The notes beneath the pieces were generated by a model. That model had not been told where the DNA came from and made no database searches. It worked only from the letters and a program-made list of their open reading frames with translations. DNA of 64,000 nt from an uncultured Gammaproteobacteria bacterium (lineage in GTDB: Bacteria; Patescibacteriota; Microgenomatia; JALYQM01). The stretch lies in contig CAYOFQ010000001.1 in the NCBI GenBank assembly GCA_964403585.1, forward strand, positions 12,456-76,455, written 5' to 3'. Position numbers and translations under genes: made by a program. Of this stretch, positions 35,195 to 44,997 are shown piece after piece. Positions within the stretch are counted from its first letter, which is position 1. Each line of letters starts with the position of its first letter.

Positions 35195-35400
35195 TACAGC
35201 GAGGTATTGTTCTTTTGCGAAGTCGAACTTCCGCCCTAGAACCAATTCGAAGAATTAAATTATTTCGCCGCGAGGACATCCGCTGGAGGGAGCCGAACAC
35301 GCAATAAGCGACCGAATGACAAGGTTACTAATGCACAGCGTAAGGGGGCAAGTTAACATTAAGGTGCACTGTCTGAGCTTCCGCAGCAAGAAATAATTTA
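35195..35400. repeat. Intergenic repeat element, copy C (tandem 5' block: TTTGCGAAGTCGAACTTCCGCCC... then GCCGCGAGGACATCCGCTGGAGGGAGCCGAACACGCAATAAGCGACCGAATGA...GAGCTTCCGCAGCAAG)
   Basis: The longest copy. Its internal part is about 85% identical to copy A over roughly 50 nt, and its first block resembles copy D. Confidence 0.6.
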
Positions 35401-35416
35401 ATCGAGAATTTTACAA

Positions 35417-36352
35417 TTACAAACCCTGCACCACACCGCGTGGGTTAAACGGCACATCATTTCGGTGGATTTCGAAGTGCAGGTGAGGACCTGACGAATG
35501 ACCGGTGGTTCCGACTAATCCCAATACAGTACCGGTACCAACCTGCTGGCCGGTAGAAACATTTATTTTACTCATGTGAGCATAAAGCGTCTGAACCCCA
35601 TTGGCGTGCTGTACATAAACTACATTTCCGTAACCCCACAAACTCCAACCGGCTGAAGTAACATAACCGTCAGCTACCGGATAAATCGGCGTACCTGAAT
35701 CGACGACCAGGTCCATACCGGGATGCCCCGCGCGGAAGTACGTCGAGATCTGTTTTAACGGTACTTTCAATGGGTTAAGATATACACCGTTAGAGGAAAC
35801 TGCCGGGGGAATAAAGTTCTCCGGGAGTTTTTGCGCAACACCGACCTTAGATAAATCCTGAGCCGCAACATATTTCTTTACCACAGGAGCCGGAGTAGGG
35901 GTAGGAGCTAACTCGGTAACGATCGGCATCATAGCCGCGCGAACTTCTGCCGACGCGGTAGCTGTAGCCGAAGGGCTTGCCTGAATTTCAACTACTGCTT
36001 CTTCGGCAAAGGCAATACCTTGCTGGTTGATTACTACATAATATTGACCATCAAACTGACGTAACATTGGCTGGTATAAGAAGAAGAGTACTGCTATTCC
36101 GGCAATCGAACCGCCGAAGAACATATGCAGATTCGAGTTAGTGATAATTAAACGACCGAGACGTGAGAACCAGTTAGTTCCAAAACGGGGATTCCACAAT
36201 CGCTGGACAAATCCAATAGACAGGAAAGATACCCTAATCTTCTTTAGAACGTAATTGAGTGCAAATACGATCAAAGAAAGAGGGAACGTTAAGATATAAA
36301 ACACACTCTTAACGATCGAATATAACTCCAAAAACAATTTCAACAGTACCAT
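35417..36352 (-). CDS. M23-family (LytM-like) metallo-endopeptidase with N-terminal TM anchor
   Basis: HPGMDL...D.G...YP.ADG.V and GTTGHSSGPHLHFEIH are the M23 HxxxD and HxH motifs. Confidence 0.8.
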   Translation of the reverse strand: MVLLKLFLELYSIVKSVFYILTFPLSLIVFALNYVLKKIRVSFLSIGFVQRLWNPRFGTNWFSRLGRLIITNSNLHMFFGGSIAGIAVLFFLYQPMLRQFDGQYYVVINQQGIAFAEEAVVEIQASPSATATASAEVRAAMMPIVTELAPTPTPAPVVKKYVAAQDLSKVGVAQKLPENFIPPAVSSNGVYLNPLKVPLKQISTYFRAGHPGMDLVVDSGTPIYPVADGYVTSAGWSLWGYGNVVYVQHANGVQTLYAHMSKINVSTGQQVGTGTVLGLVGTTGHSSGPHLHFEIHRNDVPFNPRGVVQGL

Positions 36353-36792
36353 AAAGGCTTCAACAACACACCGAATAAGACGGACAGAACGGGTTAACGG
36401 GTAGTCTTATTTAACAGAAAATCAGGGCAGGAAAAATGAGAAACGGACAGAATTTCTAGTGTATTGTGAAGATAAGCTAAAGAATCTTGTGTACAAATTG
36501 AGGCTAAATTACCTCAAAGAATACAACTTGCTCTTAATAAGTACAGGTAAAATCATATCAAATTAGATCACTCTTGTCAAACGAGATAGGGCAAAAAAAT
36601 ATAGCCGTAATGAGGCTAAATAAGTCTCATTTGCAGAGAAATTAGCCTCAAAATATAACATACAGATATAACGTTATTTGAGCTCATTAATAGCAATTGA
36701 CTCATGCTATTTTCCTTGGTAACCTGCTAACGTTTTAGAGGTTTATCGTAAATAGGTAACACCGAAGTATTATTCACCACAAAAAGGAATAT

Positions 36793-38403
36793 ATGAGGAA
36801 AAAAATACTTACCTTAAGTATAATTACAAGCATTATAATGCTACCGGTCATAATGCTCTACACCCAAACCCAAGCTGCCAACCCCAATGAAATTCTCCAA
36901 ACCAGCTGGAATAACTACAAAAACGCTATGATTGACCCTGACGGCGCCGTCAGACGACGTGATCAGGGGAATGACGTGGTATCCGAAGGCATTGCCTACA
37001 CTATGTTACGGGCCGTCTGGATCAACGACCAGGAAACCTTTGATAAAGTCTATGGTTTCGCTGAGAAAAAAATGTCGCGTCTCAATAACAGCAGCCTGGG
37101 AGATAATCTTTTGGCCTGGCTGTATCAGGGTAATAACGTAACCGACTGGGGAGCCGCTTCAGATGCCGACGAAGACTATGCCTTGGCGCTGGCTTTTGCT
37201 GAAAAGAAGTGGGGAAAGCCAAAATCAGGCAATCTTCCGGATTATCGGGAGAAATCGATCGCCGTCCAAAAGGACATCTTACGCCTCGAAACAGGCTGGG
37301 CAGGAGATAAAGTCTATCTGCAGCCGGGCACCTGGTATGCCTTTAAAGCACCAATTCCGGTTAACCCTTCATATTTAGCACCTGGACACTATAAAATTTT
37401 CAACCAGATGTCACCGGACCCGCGCTGGGAAAAACTTATTGAATCATCCTATGATATCCTCTGGAAGTCCTCAGGATCAATTGATGGTCAGATAGGGATT
37501 GGGTTACCCGCCGATTGGGTCAATGTTCAGGCGAATGGTAGCATCACTAAGGCTCCTAATTTGGGCATCGACTACAAGTACGACGCTATTCGAACCAGCA
37601 TGCGCGTAGCAATGGACTACGCCTGGTTTAACGATATGCGGGCCAAAAACTATCTAACTTTGTCCGGCGCTCGCAATTTCTTATTAAATACAATCAATAA
37701 CAAAGGCAAAATCGGTACCGAATACCAGCACGACGGAACACCAATTGGTGGCGAATATACCAACGCTGCTTCCTATGGAACTAATATCGGCTGGTTCATG
37801 CCGGAAAACTCAGACAAAGTCCAGCAGTTCTTAGGAATAATGCAGGACGAGTACCATAAAAACGGCAATAAATTTATGGCCGGTACCAATTATTATATGG
37901 AAAATCTTGCCTGGATGGGCTACGCTTTGGGAACCGGAAATATGCCCAATATCTACGGCGGCCAAACCAACGCTGGTGGCAATCCAACTATCATGGCAGC
38001 TATCGCCACACCCGAGAGAAACACCCCTAACCCGACAATTGTCGCAACCGTTACCCCCTCAGTTACACCGTCACCGTCTGTCCAACCGACAGCTACACCG
38101 GGCTCACAGCAACCAAGCACCGGGCAATGGCTGCAAATCTCTAATCCCAATGACAATCAGAATCTTAACGGCAAATTTACCATGAAGATTAAGAATAACT
38201 TACCAAACAATCAGGGTACCTGGTGGTCGGTAGATAGCGGAGGATGGGTTGGTATGCAAAACGTCGGCAATAATGAATGGGCCGGCGAAATAGATATTTC
38301 CGGATGGAATTGGAAGTCGGACCAAAACTACACCTTACACGGCTGGACCAAAGATCAGAACGGCAATCAGATCCATACGCAGGTAAATATACACAAACAA
38401 TAG
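36793..38403 (+). CDS. Secreted glycoside hydrolase family 8 enzyme with Pro/Thr linker and C-terminal ~110-aa domain (possible carbohydrate-binding module)
   Basis: ASDADEDYALALAFAEKKWGK fits the GH8 signature (A-[ST]-D-[AG]-D-x2-[IM]-A-x-[SA]-[LIVM]-x-A-x3-[FW]) with one conservative deviation. Signal peptide, a PT-rich linker TPNPTIVATVTPSVTPSPSVQPTATP, then a Trp/Asn-rich terminal domain. Confidence 0.7.
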   Translation: MRKKILTLSIITSIIMLPVIMLYTQTQAANPNEILQTSWNNYKNAMIDPDGAVRRRDQGNDVVSEGIAYTMLRAVWINDQETFDKVYGFAEKKMSRLNNSSLGDNLLAWLYQGNNVTDWGAASDADEDYALALAFAEKKWGKPKSGNLPDYREKSIAVQKDILRLETGWAGDKVYLQPGTWYAFKAPIPVNPSYLAPGHYKIFNQMSPDPRWEKLIESSYDILWKSSGSIDGQIGIGLPADWVNVQANGSITKAPNLGIDYKYDAIRTSMRVAMDYAWFNDMRAKNYLTLSGARNFLLNTINNKGKIGTEYQHDGTPIGGEYTNAASYGTNIGWFMPENSDKVQQFLGIMQDEYHKNGNKFMAGTNYYMENLAWMGYALGTGNMPNIYGGQTNAGGNPTIMAAIATPERNTPNPTIVATVTPSVTPSPSVQPTATPGSQQPSTGQWLQISNPNDNQNLNGKFTMKIKNNLPNNQGTWWSVDSGGWVGMQNVGNNEWAGEIDISGWNWKSDQNYTLHGWTKDQNGNQIHTQVNIHKQ

Positions 38404-38452
38404 TCTCGGGAAAAACAATGAGGAAGACAGGTGCTAAAACCACCTGTCTTTT

Positions 38453-39976
38453 TTATTTAACATCATATCGCAAGATATACGACCGCATCTCCAGACCGGG
38501 GGAAAAACGTTGAGTGGTATAAATCTCATAGTGCTCGTCCATATACTTGCGAATCTTACTCTCATAACCCTGATCATACGAAAGCACGACAAACACCCGC
38601 ATATACTGCTTTTTATATTCTTCTATCTGTTTTGCCAGGGCCTCATCCGAATAGGGAGGAATAGCCCCGCCTTTTTCATCATAACGGTTCCAATAGGGAA
38701 TAGTGTCAATTCGTGCCTGACCATTATATCCGTATTCAATCGGATATATTGTGAATGGAGCCGATACCGCAATAATATCCTTGGCGGTAGTATGTTGGCT
38801 AAGGTAGGCATCTACGCCGGCATAATCTTCCTTAACCGGAGTCGCAGCAGAAATATTCTGGTACCCTGAAAGGCCCAAGAGAATCAGCATAAAGCCGGTA
38901 ACTAAATATGTTGCAATACGTTTGGAGTATGAAAGCATCGACCACGACAAAATAAAGAACAGGGAAGGAGTAACGAGAATCAAATAGCGGGACAAAAATA
39001 TCGGCCGAATAAACGACACAAAGAACACTAAAATAATCGGCAGTACGGTGACAAATCCGAAATAGGCGATTCCTACCACCGGCAATCGTTTCCGTTTGGT
39101 AAAAAGCATAAACAGCATAATTAAAGATAACGGCCATAACGCGATAATAAAAGCCTGTACTGCCTGAGTCTGGAAACCGAACAGAAATTGTACAATTATC
39201 TGGAAAATATTAAAGCTGGTTGGTCGTGGAATAAGCGGCGAGGCATTACTTGCCGTACCGAGACTATAAACATAGGTAATCCAGGGCGTAAGGAATAAAA
39301 AGGATTCCAAAGCCAGGCCTAACCATTTCAGTGGAAATCCAATATACTTTCGCACCAGCTGCCAGAACGAAACCTCGCCAAATGCCGGGTCACGATATAC
39401 AGCAGATAACATACGGCCAAGTATAAACACACCTTGTGTAATTAATAAGAACAGGAAAAAATAGTGAGTATAAAGACCTAAAATAGCACTAACTAGATAG
39501 CCGAATTTTGAGGTCTTGCCTTCACTGCGAACCAGACGCAAAAAGTATAAATGATTCAAGCTGGTAACAAGCGTAAACAGAGTATACATGCGGGCTTCAT
39601 TGCTATACCACATCACAAACGGCGATAACGTAAACAGCGCCACAGTAAGATACGCTACACGCTTTGAACTCGACTCCCGGGCAAAGCGATACAATACCGG
39701 TAACGTAAGAATAAAAAACAGAAACGACAACGCCCGCACAACCATAATGTCGGTACCGAATAACTGCATCCAGAAATGAAGCAGAAGCGCATACAACGGA
39801 ACGTGCACATCCTGAGCAATATAACTCAGTAATGCCGGAATAGATTTCGTCGAGGCCCAGATCGACTGCGATTCATCCAACCGGATCGACTGCGAATAAA
39901 GAGTAATCAACGAAAGCGTGCACGCTGCGAGTATTAAAACCACAAAGCTGATATCTAATAATTTCTCTCTCTTCAT
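38453..39976 (-). CDS. Polytopic membrane glycosyltransferase of the GT39/GT83 (PMT/ArnT-like, GT-C fold) type
   Basis: 507 aa with more than 10 TM helices and DE-containing first loop (LDESQSIWAS) typical of GT-C enzymes. The family assignment is from topology only. Confidence 0.5.
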   Translation of the reverse strand: MKREKLLDISFVVLILAACTLSLITLYSQSIRLDESQSIWASTKSIPALLSYIAQDVHVPLYALLLHFWMQLFGTDIMVVRALSFLFFILTLPVLYRFARESSSKRVAYLTVALFTLSPFVMWYSNEARMYTLFTLVTSLNHLYFLRLVRSEGKTSKFGYLVSAILGLYTHYFFLFLLITQGVFILGRMLSAVYRDPAFGEVSFWQLVRKYIGFPLKWLGLALESFLFLTPWITYVYSLGTASNASPLIPRPTSFNIFQIIVQFLFGFQTQAVQAFIIALWPLSLIMLFMLFTKRKRLPVVGIAYFGFVTVLPIILVFFVSFIRPIFLSRYLILVTPSLFFILSWSMLSYSKRIATYLVTGFMLILLGLSGYQNISAATPVKEDYAGVDAYLSQHTTAKDIIAVSAPFTIYPIEYGYNGQARIDTIPYWNRYDEKGGAIPPYSDEALAKQIEEYKKQYMRVFVVLSYDQGYESKIRKYMDEHYEIYTTQRFSPGLEMRSYILRYDVK

Positions 39977-39977
39977 A

Positions 39978-41543
39978 CTATTTCTCCGAAGCTGCTAACT
40001 CAGATTTTCCGTATCCAAAACTAAATAAACGGGCGAACAGACCTTTCCAGTCATATGCTGCCTGAATAAAGGGAATAAACATAATTACGTTAAATAAGCC
40101 CCACGTAATGTTGGTTATCACCGACGGAGTAAGCCCTTCCCGGCGGATACCAATTACTGCACAGGCGACAATGATAACTACATACATTAGGTGCGGATAA
40201 GCGAGGAATAAAAAGTTACCTTCCTGAGCTTGTTTTGGCGTAACGGCAAATCCCATCTTCTGTTTTAACAATATGGATTTGATTGCCTGCAATTGTAAAG
40301 GCCAGGAAGACATTGAGAATGACAGTCCACGGAATGTTACAGAATTACCTGAGGCAATGTACAACGTATAAAGGTTCAGGAACATAAAAGGCAGGAAGAA
40401 GAATGCAAAGGAAGTGGTAGTCCCTTCCACCGGCTGGATACCGGTAGCCAGAGAAATTATCGGGATCAGTGCATCCACCACAATAATAACACCGTTAAAG
40501 TAATACAGCGCCGAGGAAAGGTACTGCATCTTCTGGCCCCAGGACATATTTTTCTTGAAGAGCGGATTGAATCCGAAGAGAACCTCTAAGGAACCACGAG
40601 CCCAGCGAAGTTGCTGCTTACAGTAGGAAAGCAAGTCTTCAGGCGCGAAACCCTCAGCCAGGACTTCCGGTACATAGTAGGATTTCCATCCGTTCTGGTG
40701 AATAAAGAACGATGTTAAGAAATCTTCGGCAATATTGTCTTCACACATACCACCAACTTGTTCCAGGGCAGTTCTCCGGATCGCCACATTAGTGCCACAG
40801 ATAAATGCTGCATTACTTTTTTCTTTACCGGCCATAATTGGACCGAAGAATAATTCCTGTTGTTCCCATGCTCCACCGGCAACCTGATTCACATCATGAT
40901 TGAGGTAATACTGGGGTGTCTGTACAAATCCCACCTGCTTGTCTTTGAAATACGGTACAACTTTTTGCAAAAAGTCTTCGTGTGGAGCCATATCCGCATC
41001 GAATATAACGATAATGGAGCCCTGAGTCTGTTTAAGTGTGTTATTAATATTTCCGGCTTTCGCCCCACCTGGAGTTTTACGGGTGATACAAAAGACACCA
41101 ATCTCTTCAGCCATCCGCTCGTATTCCTGCCAGTTTGGTTTCTTGGCAACATAACCGTCATTAAGGATATAGACTTTATGATTTGAATACTTCATCCGCT
41201 TTGCAGCCAATGCCGTACTACGGACAATCTCTACCGGTTCACCGGCACAGGGGATATAGATATCTACAGAAGGTTGTCTACCCCGTAATGCAAACTCACG
41301 GGCTGCTTGCTCTCTCTGCTGGCCGGTAAGCGTATATTTAGAATCAGCTGGCCAAACAGTGAACCAGAAGCAAAATGCCATTATGATGTGATAAACCTCA
41401 CCGATTACCAGCAACCAGTAGAAAACCGGATGTCCCACATGACTTAAGTCCATCCACCACGAAAAATAAATAATCGCCATAACTACATTGAAGATAATTA
41501 ACGTTCTATTTACTCTTCCGGTTGGTATTCGTGCTTTGTTCAT
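39978..41543 (-). CDS. Processive family-2 beta-glycosyltransferase (cellulose-synthase/BcsA-like catalytic subunit, no PilZ domain)
   Basis: Conserved D,D,D residues, FICGTNVAIRRTAL (matching FFCGS..RR.AL), TEDFLTSFFIHQNGWKS (TED motif) and QQLRWARG (QxxRW) are all present and in the correct order. Flanking TM helices. Confidence 0.8.
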   Translation of the reverse strand: MNKARIPTGRVNRTLIIFNVVMAIIYFSWWMDLSHVGHPVFYWLLVIGEVYHIIMAFCFWFTVWPADSKYTLTGQQREQAAREFALRGRQPSVDIYIPCAGEPVEIVRSTALAAKRMKYSNHKVYILNDGYVAKKPNWQEYERMAEEIGVFCITRKTPGGAKAGNINNTLKQTQGSIIVIFDADMAPHEDFLQKVVPYFKDKQVGFVQTPQYYLNHDVNQVAGGAWEQQELFFGPIMAGKEKSNAAFICGTNVAIRRTALEQVGGMCEDNIAEDFLTSFFIHQNGWKSYYVPEVLAEGFAPEDLLSYCKQQLRWARGSLEVLFGFNPLFKKNMSWGQKMQYLSSALYYFNGVIIVVDALIPIISLATGIQPVEGTTTSFAFFFLPFMFLNLYTLYIASGNSVTFRGLSFSMSSWPLQLQAIKSILLKQKMGFAVTPKQAQEGNFLFLAYPHLMYVVIIVACAVIGIRREGLTPSVITNITWGLFNVIMFIPFIQAAYDWKGLFARLFSFGYGKSELAASEK

Positions 41544-41557
41544 ACATTAGTCCTTTC

Positions 41558-42733
41558 TTAGTACGCCACCAATCGCTCATTGTATAAAGCTGCACCAAAC
41601 CACAGCCAGTTTTGCTCGTAGTAGGGTAGGGTGTCTTTAAATTGTGTTTTGTCGGTAGAATAAAGATCTAAAATCTTCTCCTGGTAAACCTTATCGGCAG
41701 ATTGTGGATCAATGATCTTAAAATAACCAATTGCTGTGGCATACATAGTCGGATTCTCATAATCTTCCAGAACCGTGCCGTCGTGGGAATAAGAACTGGC
41801 AAGTTTATATCCGGACTTCTTATACAGTTGGGAAAATATTTGTAGCGAAGACAAATACTCATAAGCGCGCGCATCACGGTTCCACTGGTAATCTAAAGCA
41901 ATTCTCCAAGGGATACGCATTGCATCATACGAGTAATTTGTTTTAAGGTTTGGTAGCGGAGCAGCTTTAAGCGCGCCGTTTGATTTTTCGATTGCTACCC
42001 AGTCCGGGGGAAGTCCGATACTCTTTGCCGTATCAAGTGGTTGCTTGGAGCTTTCATTAAGTAATTCATAAGCCGGACCGATTAAACTGTTCCAGTCATG
42101 CTCCGTATCTACTGTCGCGAAAATTCTCCAGGCATACGGTGCAAAGTACGAAGGATTAACCACAACCGATTCTGAAGACTGAGCCCAGTTCCCGGCAGTA
42201 AGATATCGTTTATTCTGCACAACAGCAGTTTCTTTCTCCCACATGGCACCGAGAATCTGTTTTGCTTGAGCAAGATATTCTTCATTACTCCAGCGTCGTC
42301 CGGCGAGTATCAACGCCAAGGCGATATCCGAATCTGCATCACTTGCTGAATTTATGCCGCCATCCGGTAAGAAACCGTATTTGTTCTCACCTAACTTACC
42401 CCACTTCCATCCGAACAGCCAATCGTCCTTATGCTGCATGTTATTTTTAGTGAACACCCATACTTTATCGAAAGTAGCACGGTCATCACTCCACACCGCG
42501 CGGAGTAATGCATAACTTTGGCCTTCTGATGTAGTAATGTTATCCTGGGTATCATCGAGAATACGGCCATCTTCGGATAAGAAATTTACTTTGTATTTTT
42601 CCCAGGAAGACTGGAGCAACGTGTATGGGGAAAATGTCCGTGTGTAGGCACTATATCGGCTGTTTGAGTAGAGCACAAAACCAATAACTCCAATACCAAG
42701 CAATAATAGTAGTAAGCCAATATATTTTTTCAT
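41558..42733 (-). CDS. Secreted glycoside hydrolase family 8 endoglucanase (BcsZ-like)
   Basis: ASDADSDIALALILAGRRW is an exact-class match to the GH8 signature. N-terminal signal/TM. Immediately upstream of, and 14 nt from, the BcsA-like gene. Confidence 0.8.
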   Translation of the reverse strand: MKKYIGLLLLLLGIGVIGFVLYSNSRYSAYTRTFSPYTLLQSSWEKYKVNFLSEDGRILDDTQDNITTSEGQSYALLRAVWSDDRATFDKVWVFTKNNMQHKDDWLFGWKWGKLGENKYGFLPDGGINSASDADSDIALALILAGRRWSNEEYLAQAKQILGAMWEKETAVVQNKRYLTAGNWAQSSESVVVNPSYFAPYAWRIFATVDTEHDWNSLIGPAYELLNESSKQPLDTAKSIGLPPDWVAIEKSNGALKAAPLPNLKTNYSYDAMRIPWRIALDYQWNRDARAYEYLSSLQIFSQLYKKSGYKLASSYSHDGTVLEDYENPTMYATAIGYFKIIDPQSADKVYQEKILDLYSTDKTQFKDTLPYYEQNWLWFGAALYNERLVAY

Positions 42734-42736
42734 AAG

Positions 42737-43432
42737 CTAAAATAATTCGGTAATAAGTTGGGATGCGCCGCGAATACGTGTAGAAACGTTCTGTAATGGT
42801 CTAGGATACATCATAAGTAATCCAATTATAGAAAACGTAAAACCTGAACTTAGAAGAATTTTAGTACTCGACTGAGATAAGCCATGCGGATGGTAATAAT
42901 CACGGTCCTTATCCTGAACCAGGAACGAAAGTGGCGAGTCGAGAAGTGTGTTGTATGCATTATCTCCAATATCCTGGATGATTGGCTTGGATTTTTTAGT
43001 TTCAGTATTTAAGATTCTTTCAATCGTGACCTTCGGTGAAGCCGTGGGAGTGGGCGACGGACTCGTAGAAGGACTCACCGAAGGAGCTGGTGTCGAAGTC
43101 GCGGGAGTAACACCGCCTACCTGAGGAGCAGAACTTGGCGTTGCTGATGCCACAGGACTGGCTACTACCGAAGCCGACGGTGCAACGGTACCAGCCGGAG
43201 TCACACTTGGAATAGGTGAGGGGCTTGTAACAGGAGTAACTGTTGGTTGAACGGAAGGCGCGGCACTTGCAGTCGGTGCGACGGTAGGTGCTGGTGAAGC
43301 AGTTGGCTCAACAGTCGCTACTGGCGTCGGGCTTCCCGGCAATTGAACAGTTATATCCACTGCATAAGATCGAGTGCTTGAAACACCGAAGAGAACAACC
43401 AGAATTGGAACGAAGAGTACTTTCTTTACCAT
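42737..43432 (-). CDS. Secreted Pro/Thr/Ser/Ala/Val-rich low-complexity protein with C-terminal hydrophobic segment
   Basis: Signal peptide, about 140 aa of (P/T/S/A/V) repeats, then a globular tail with TM-like FTFSIIGLLMMY. Confidence 0.5.
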   Translation of the reverse strand: MVKKVLFVPILVVLFGVSSTRSYAVDITVQLPGSPTPVATVEPTASPAPTVAPTASAAPSVQPTVTPVTSPSPIPSVTPAGTVAPSASVVASPVASATPSSAPQVGGVTPATSTPAPSVSPSTSPSPTPTASPKVTIERILNTETKKSKPIIQDIGDNAYNTLLDSPLSFLVQDKDRDYYHPHGLSQSSTKILLSSGFTFSIIGLLMMYPRPLQNVSTRIRGASQLITELF

Positions 43433-43653
43433 ACAAAATATCCGTGTAAATAACCTTCATATTATATTCCGAATAACACTATAAGTCAACCTATAGTATA
43501 TTGTAGTGTATATTTCATGCTATCTATGAGAATAGAATTAATTATACTATAAAATAAATTGATAGTCCAGCTATAATATTTAGGATAGAAATAATCTCCT
43601 TGCTACATATAGAAGTTAAGTGATGAAAGGAGAAAAGATGCGGACAATAACTT

Positions 43654-44874
43654 TTATGGATACCAATCCTTGATTCGTGTTCTGAGAATATCTTCGGTCA
43701 TTGGGTAGGGGGCAATTCCTAAACTCTGGAAACCAACATTCAGCAACTCCGCAGCGGCCATGTCCCGCTTTAATATACCTTCTGCACCGAGAACGACTGC
43801 CACAACTTGCTTACCGTTCCGTGTTGCCGAAGCCACCGTAGTATGCCCGGCATCACCGGTATTACCAATTTTTACACCATTAGCACCGGGATACGTATTT
43901 ATAAGCATATTCCAGTTCGGTAAGCGAATCGCCTGGTGGCGGGTATTTGCAGCAAGGTACCCGTCTTTGCGTGCGACGATACCTGCAAGTTCCGGATAAT
44001 GGGTCATAGCGTAGTGCGCAATAACCGCCAGATCTTCACAATTAGAATAGTGCTCCGGTCCATCATAACCTTGCGGATTCTGAAAATGTGTATTCTTCAG
44101 ACCCAGGAACTTTGCCTTCTCATTCATTGCCGCGACAAATAAATCGGTATTACCACCGTATTTTTTACCAATCTCTTCGGCGAGAACCGCCATTGCATCA
44201 TTTCCGGATGTTAATAACCCGCCTTGTATGAGTTCACGGGTGGTGAGTATATCTCCGGCTCGTACACCAATTACTGTTGGTTCAACCTGAGTAGCCGGCG
44301 TCTCCACAGTAAACTCCTCATCCAGACTAGCCAGGTCCATTGCAACCATCGACGTCATGATTTTAGTAGTCGAAGCGATCGGCATCCGCTGGGAAGCATT
44401 CTGTGCATAGTAAACTTCTCCTGTTTCAAAATTGATCGATAAAGCCGCTTTGGTAGTTAGGGCATCTTTCAACAAACCGGGTCCGCCACCAACGGCTTGC
44501 TGAGGACGCGTCTCTGAAACTTTCCAGGGGTCCGGTGAAGTTTTTAAGAACGGAATGACTTGACTAAGCAGGCGCTGAGAAGGGGAAACGGTGGCGGCTA
44601 TTGCTTGCGCCGAGTCGGTCGAAGTGCTCTCACTAATCGAGGCGTTGAGAAGCTCAGGTTGACGGAGTGTCGAAAGACCGACACCAACTCCAAGTGCAAT
44701 CACACCGAAGCCAAAAATATAGGATGAAAATAATGAGCGTTTAGGTTTTTGAATGTATTCTGCGCGTGTAATTTTGGGGGGACGATAAGAATAATATGTC
44801 CGCATCAGATAGCTCCTTGCATGAAATGTACAAAAACTATAACAACGTATGCTATAGTAATCAATTTCAAACAA
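43654..44874 (-). CDS. dacA: D-alanyl-D-alanine carboxypeptidase (peptidase S11, PBP5/6-like)
   Basis: IASTTKIMT (SxxK), LLTSGNDAM (SxN) and KTG-like VKIGNTGDAG. The start is probably the internal Met (MRTYYS, ~44805) rather than the extended track start. Confidence 0.75.
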   Translation of the reverse strand: MFEIDYYSIRCYSFCTFHARSYLMRTYYSYRPPKITRAEYIQKPKRSLFSSYIFGFGVIALGVGVGLSTLRQPELLNASISESTSTDSAQAIAATVSPSQRLLSQVIPFLKTSPDPWKVSETRPQQAVGGGPGLLKDALTTKAALSINFETGEVYYAQNASQRMPIASTTKIMTSMVAMDLASLDEEFTVETPATQVEPTVIGVRAGDILTTRELIQGGLLTSGNDAMAVLAEEIGKKYGGNTDLFVAAMNEKAKFLGLKNTHFQNPQGYDGPEHYSNCEDLAVIAHYAMTHYPELAGIVARKDGYLAANTRHQAIRLPNWNMLINTYPGANGVKIGNTGDAGHTTVASATRNGKQVVAVVLGAEGILKRDMAAAELLNVGFQSLGIAPYPMTEDILRTRIKDWYP

Positions 44875-44997
44875 AGCAATAAATATATGTTATATTGCAA
44901 ATATAACAATCGAGCGTGTAGCTGGCTAAAATAGCTGAGTAAGAAAACTTTTCACACAAACTACAAAAAAATGCTGATTGATGTATAATTGTATCTT

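Noticed and set aside
42737-43432. Highly repetitive Pro/Thr/Ser/Ala DNA that could be mistaken for a tandem-repeat or CRISPR-like array
   Set aside because: It is a continuous coding frame for a low-complexity secreted protein, with no regular repeat/spacer periodicity.
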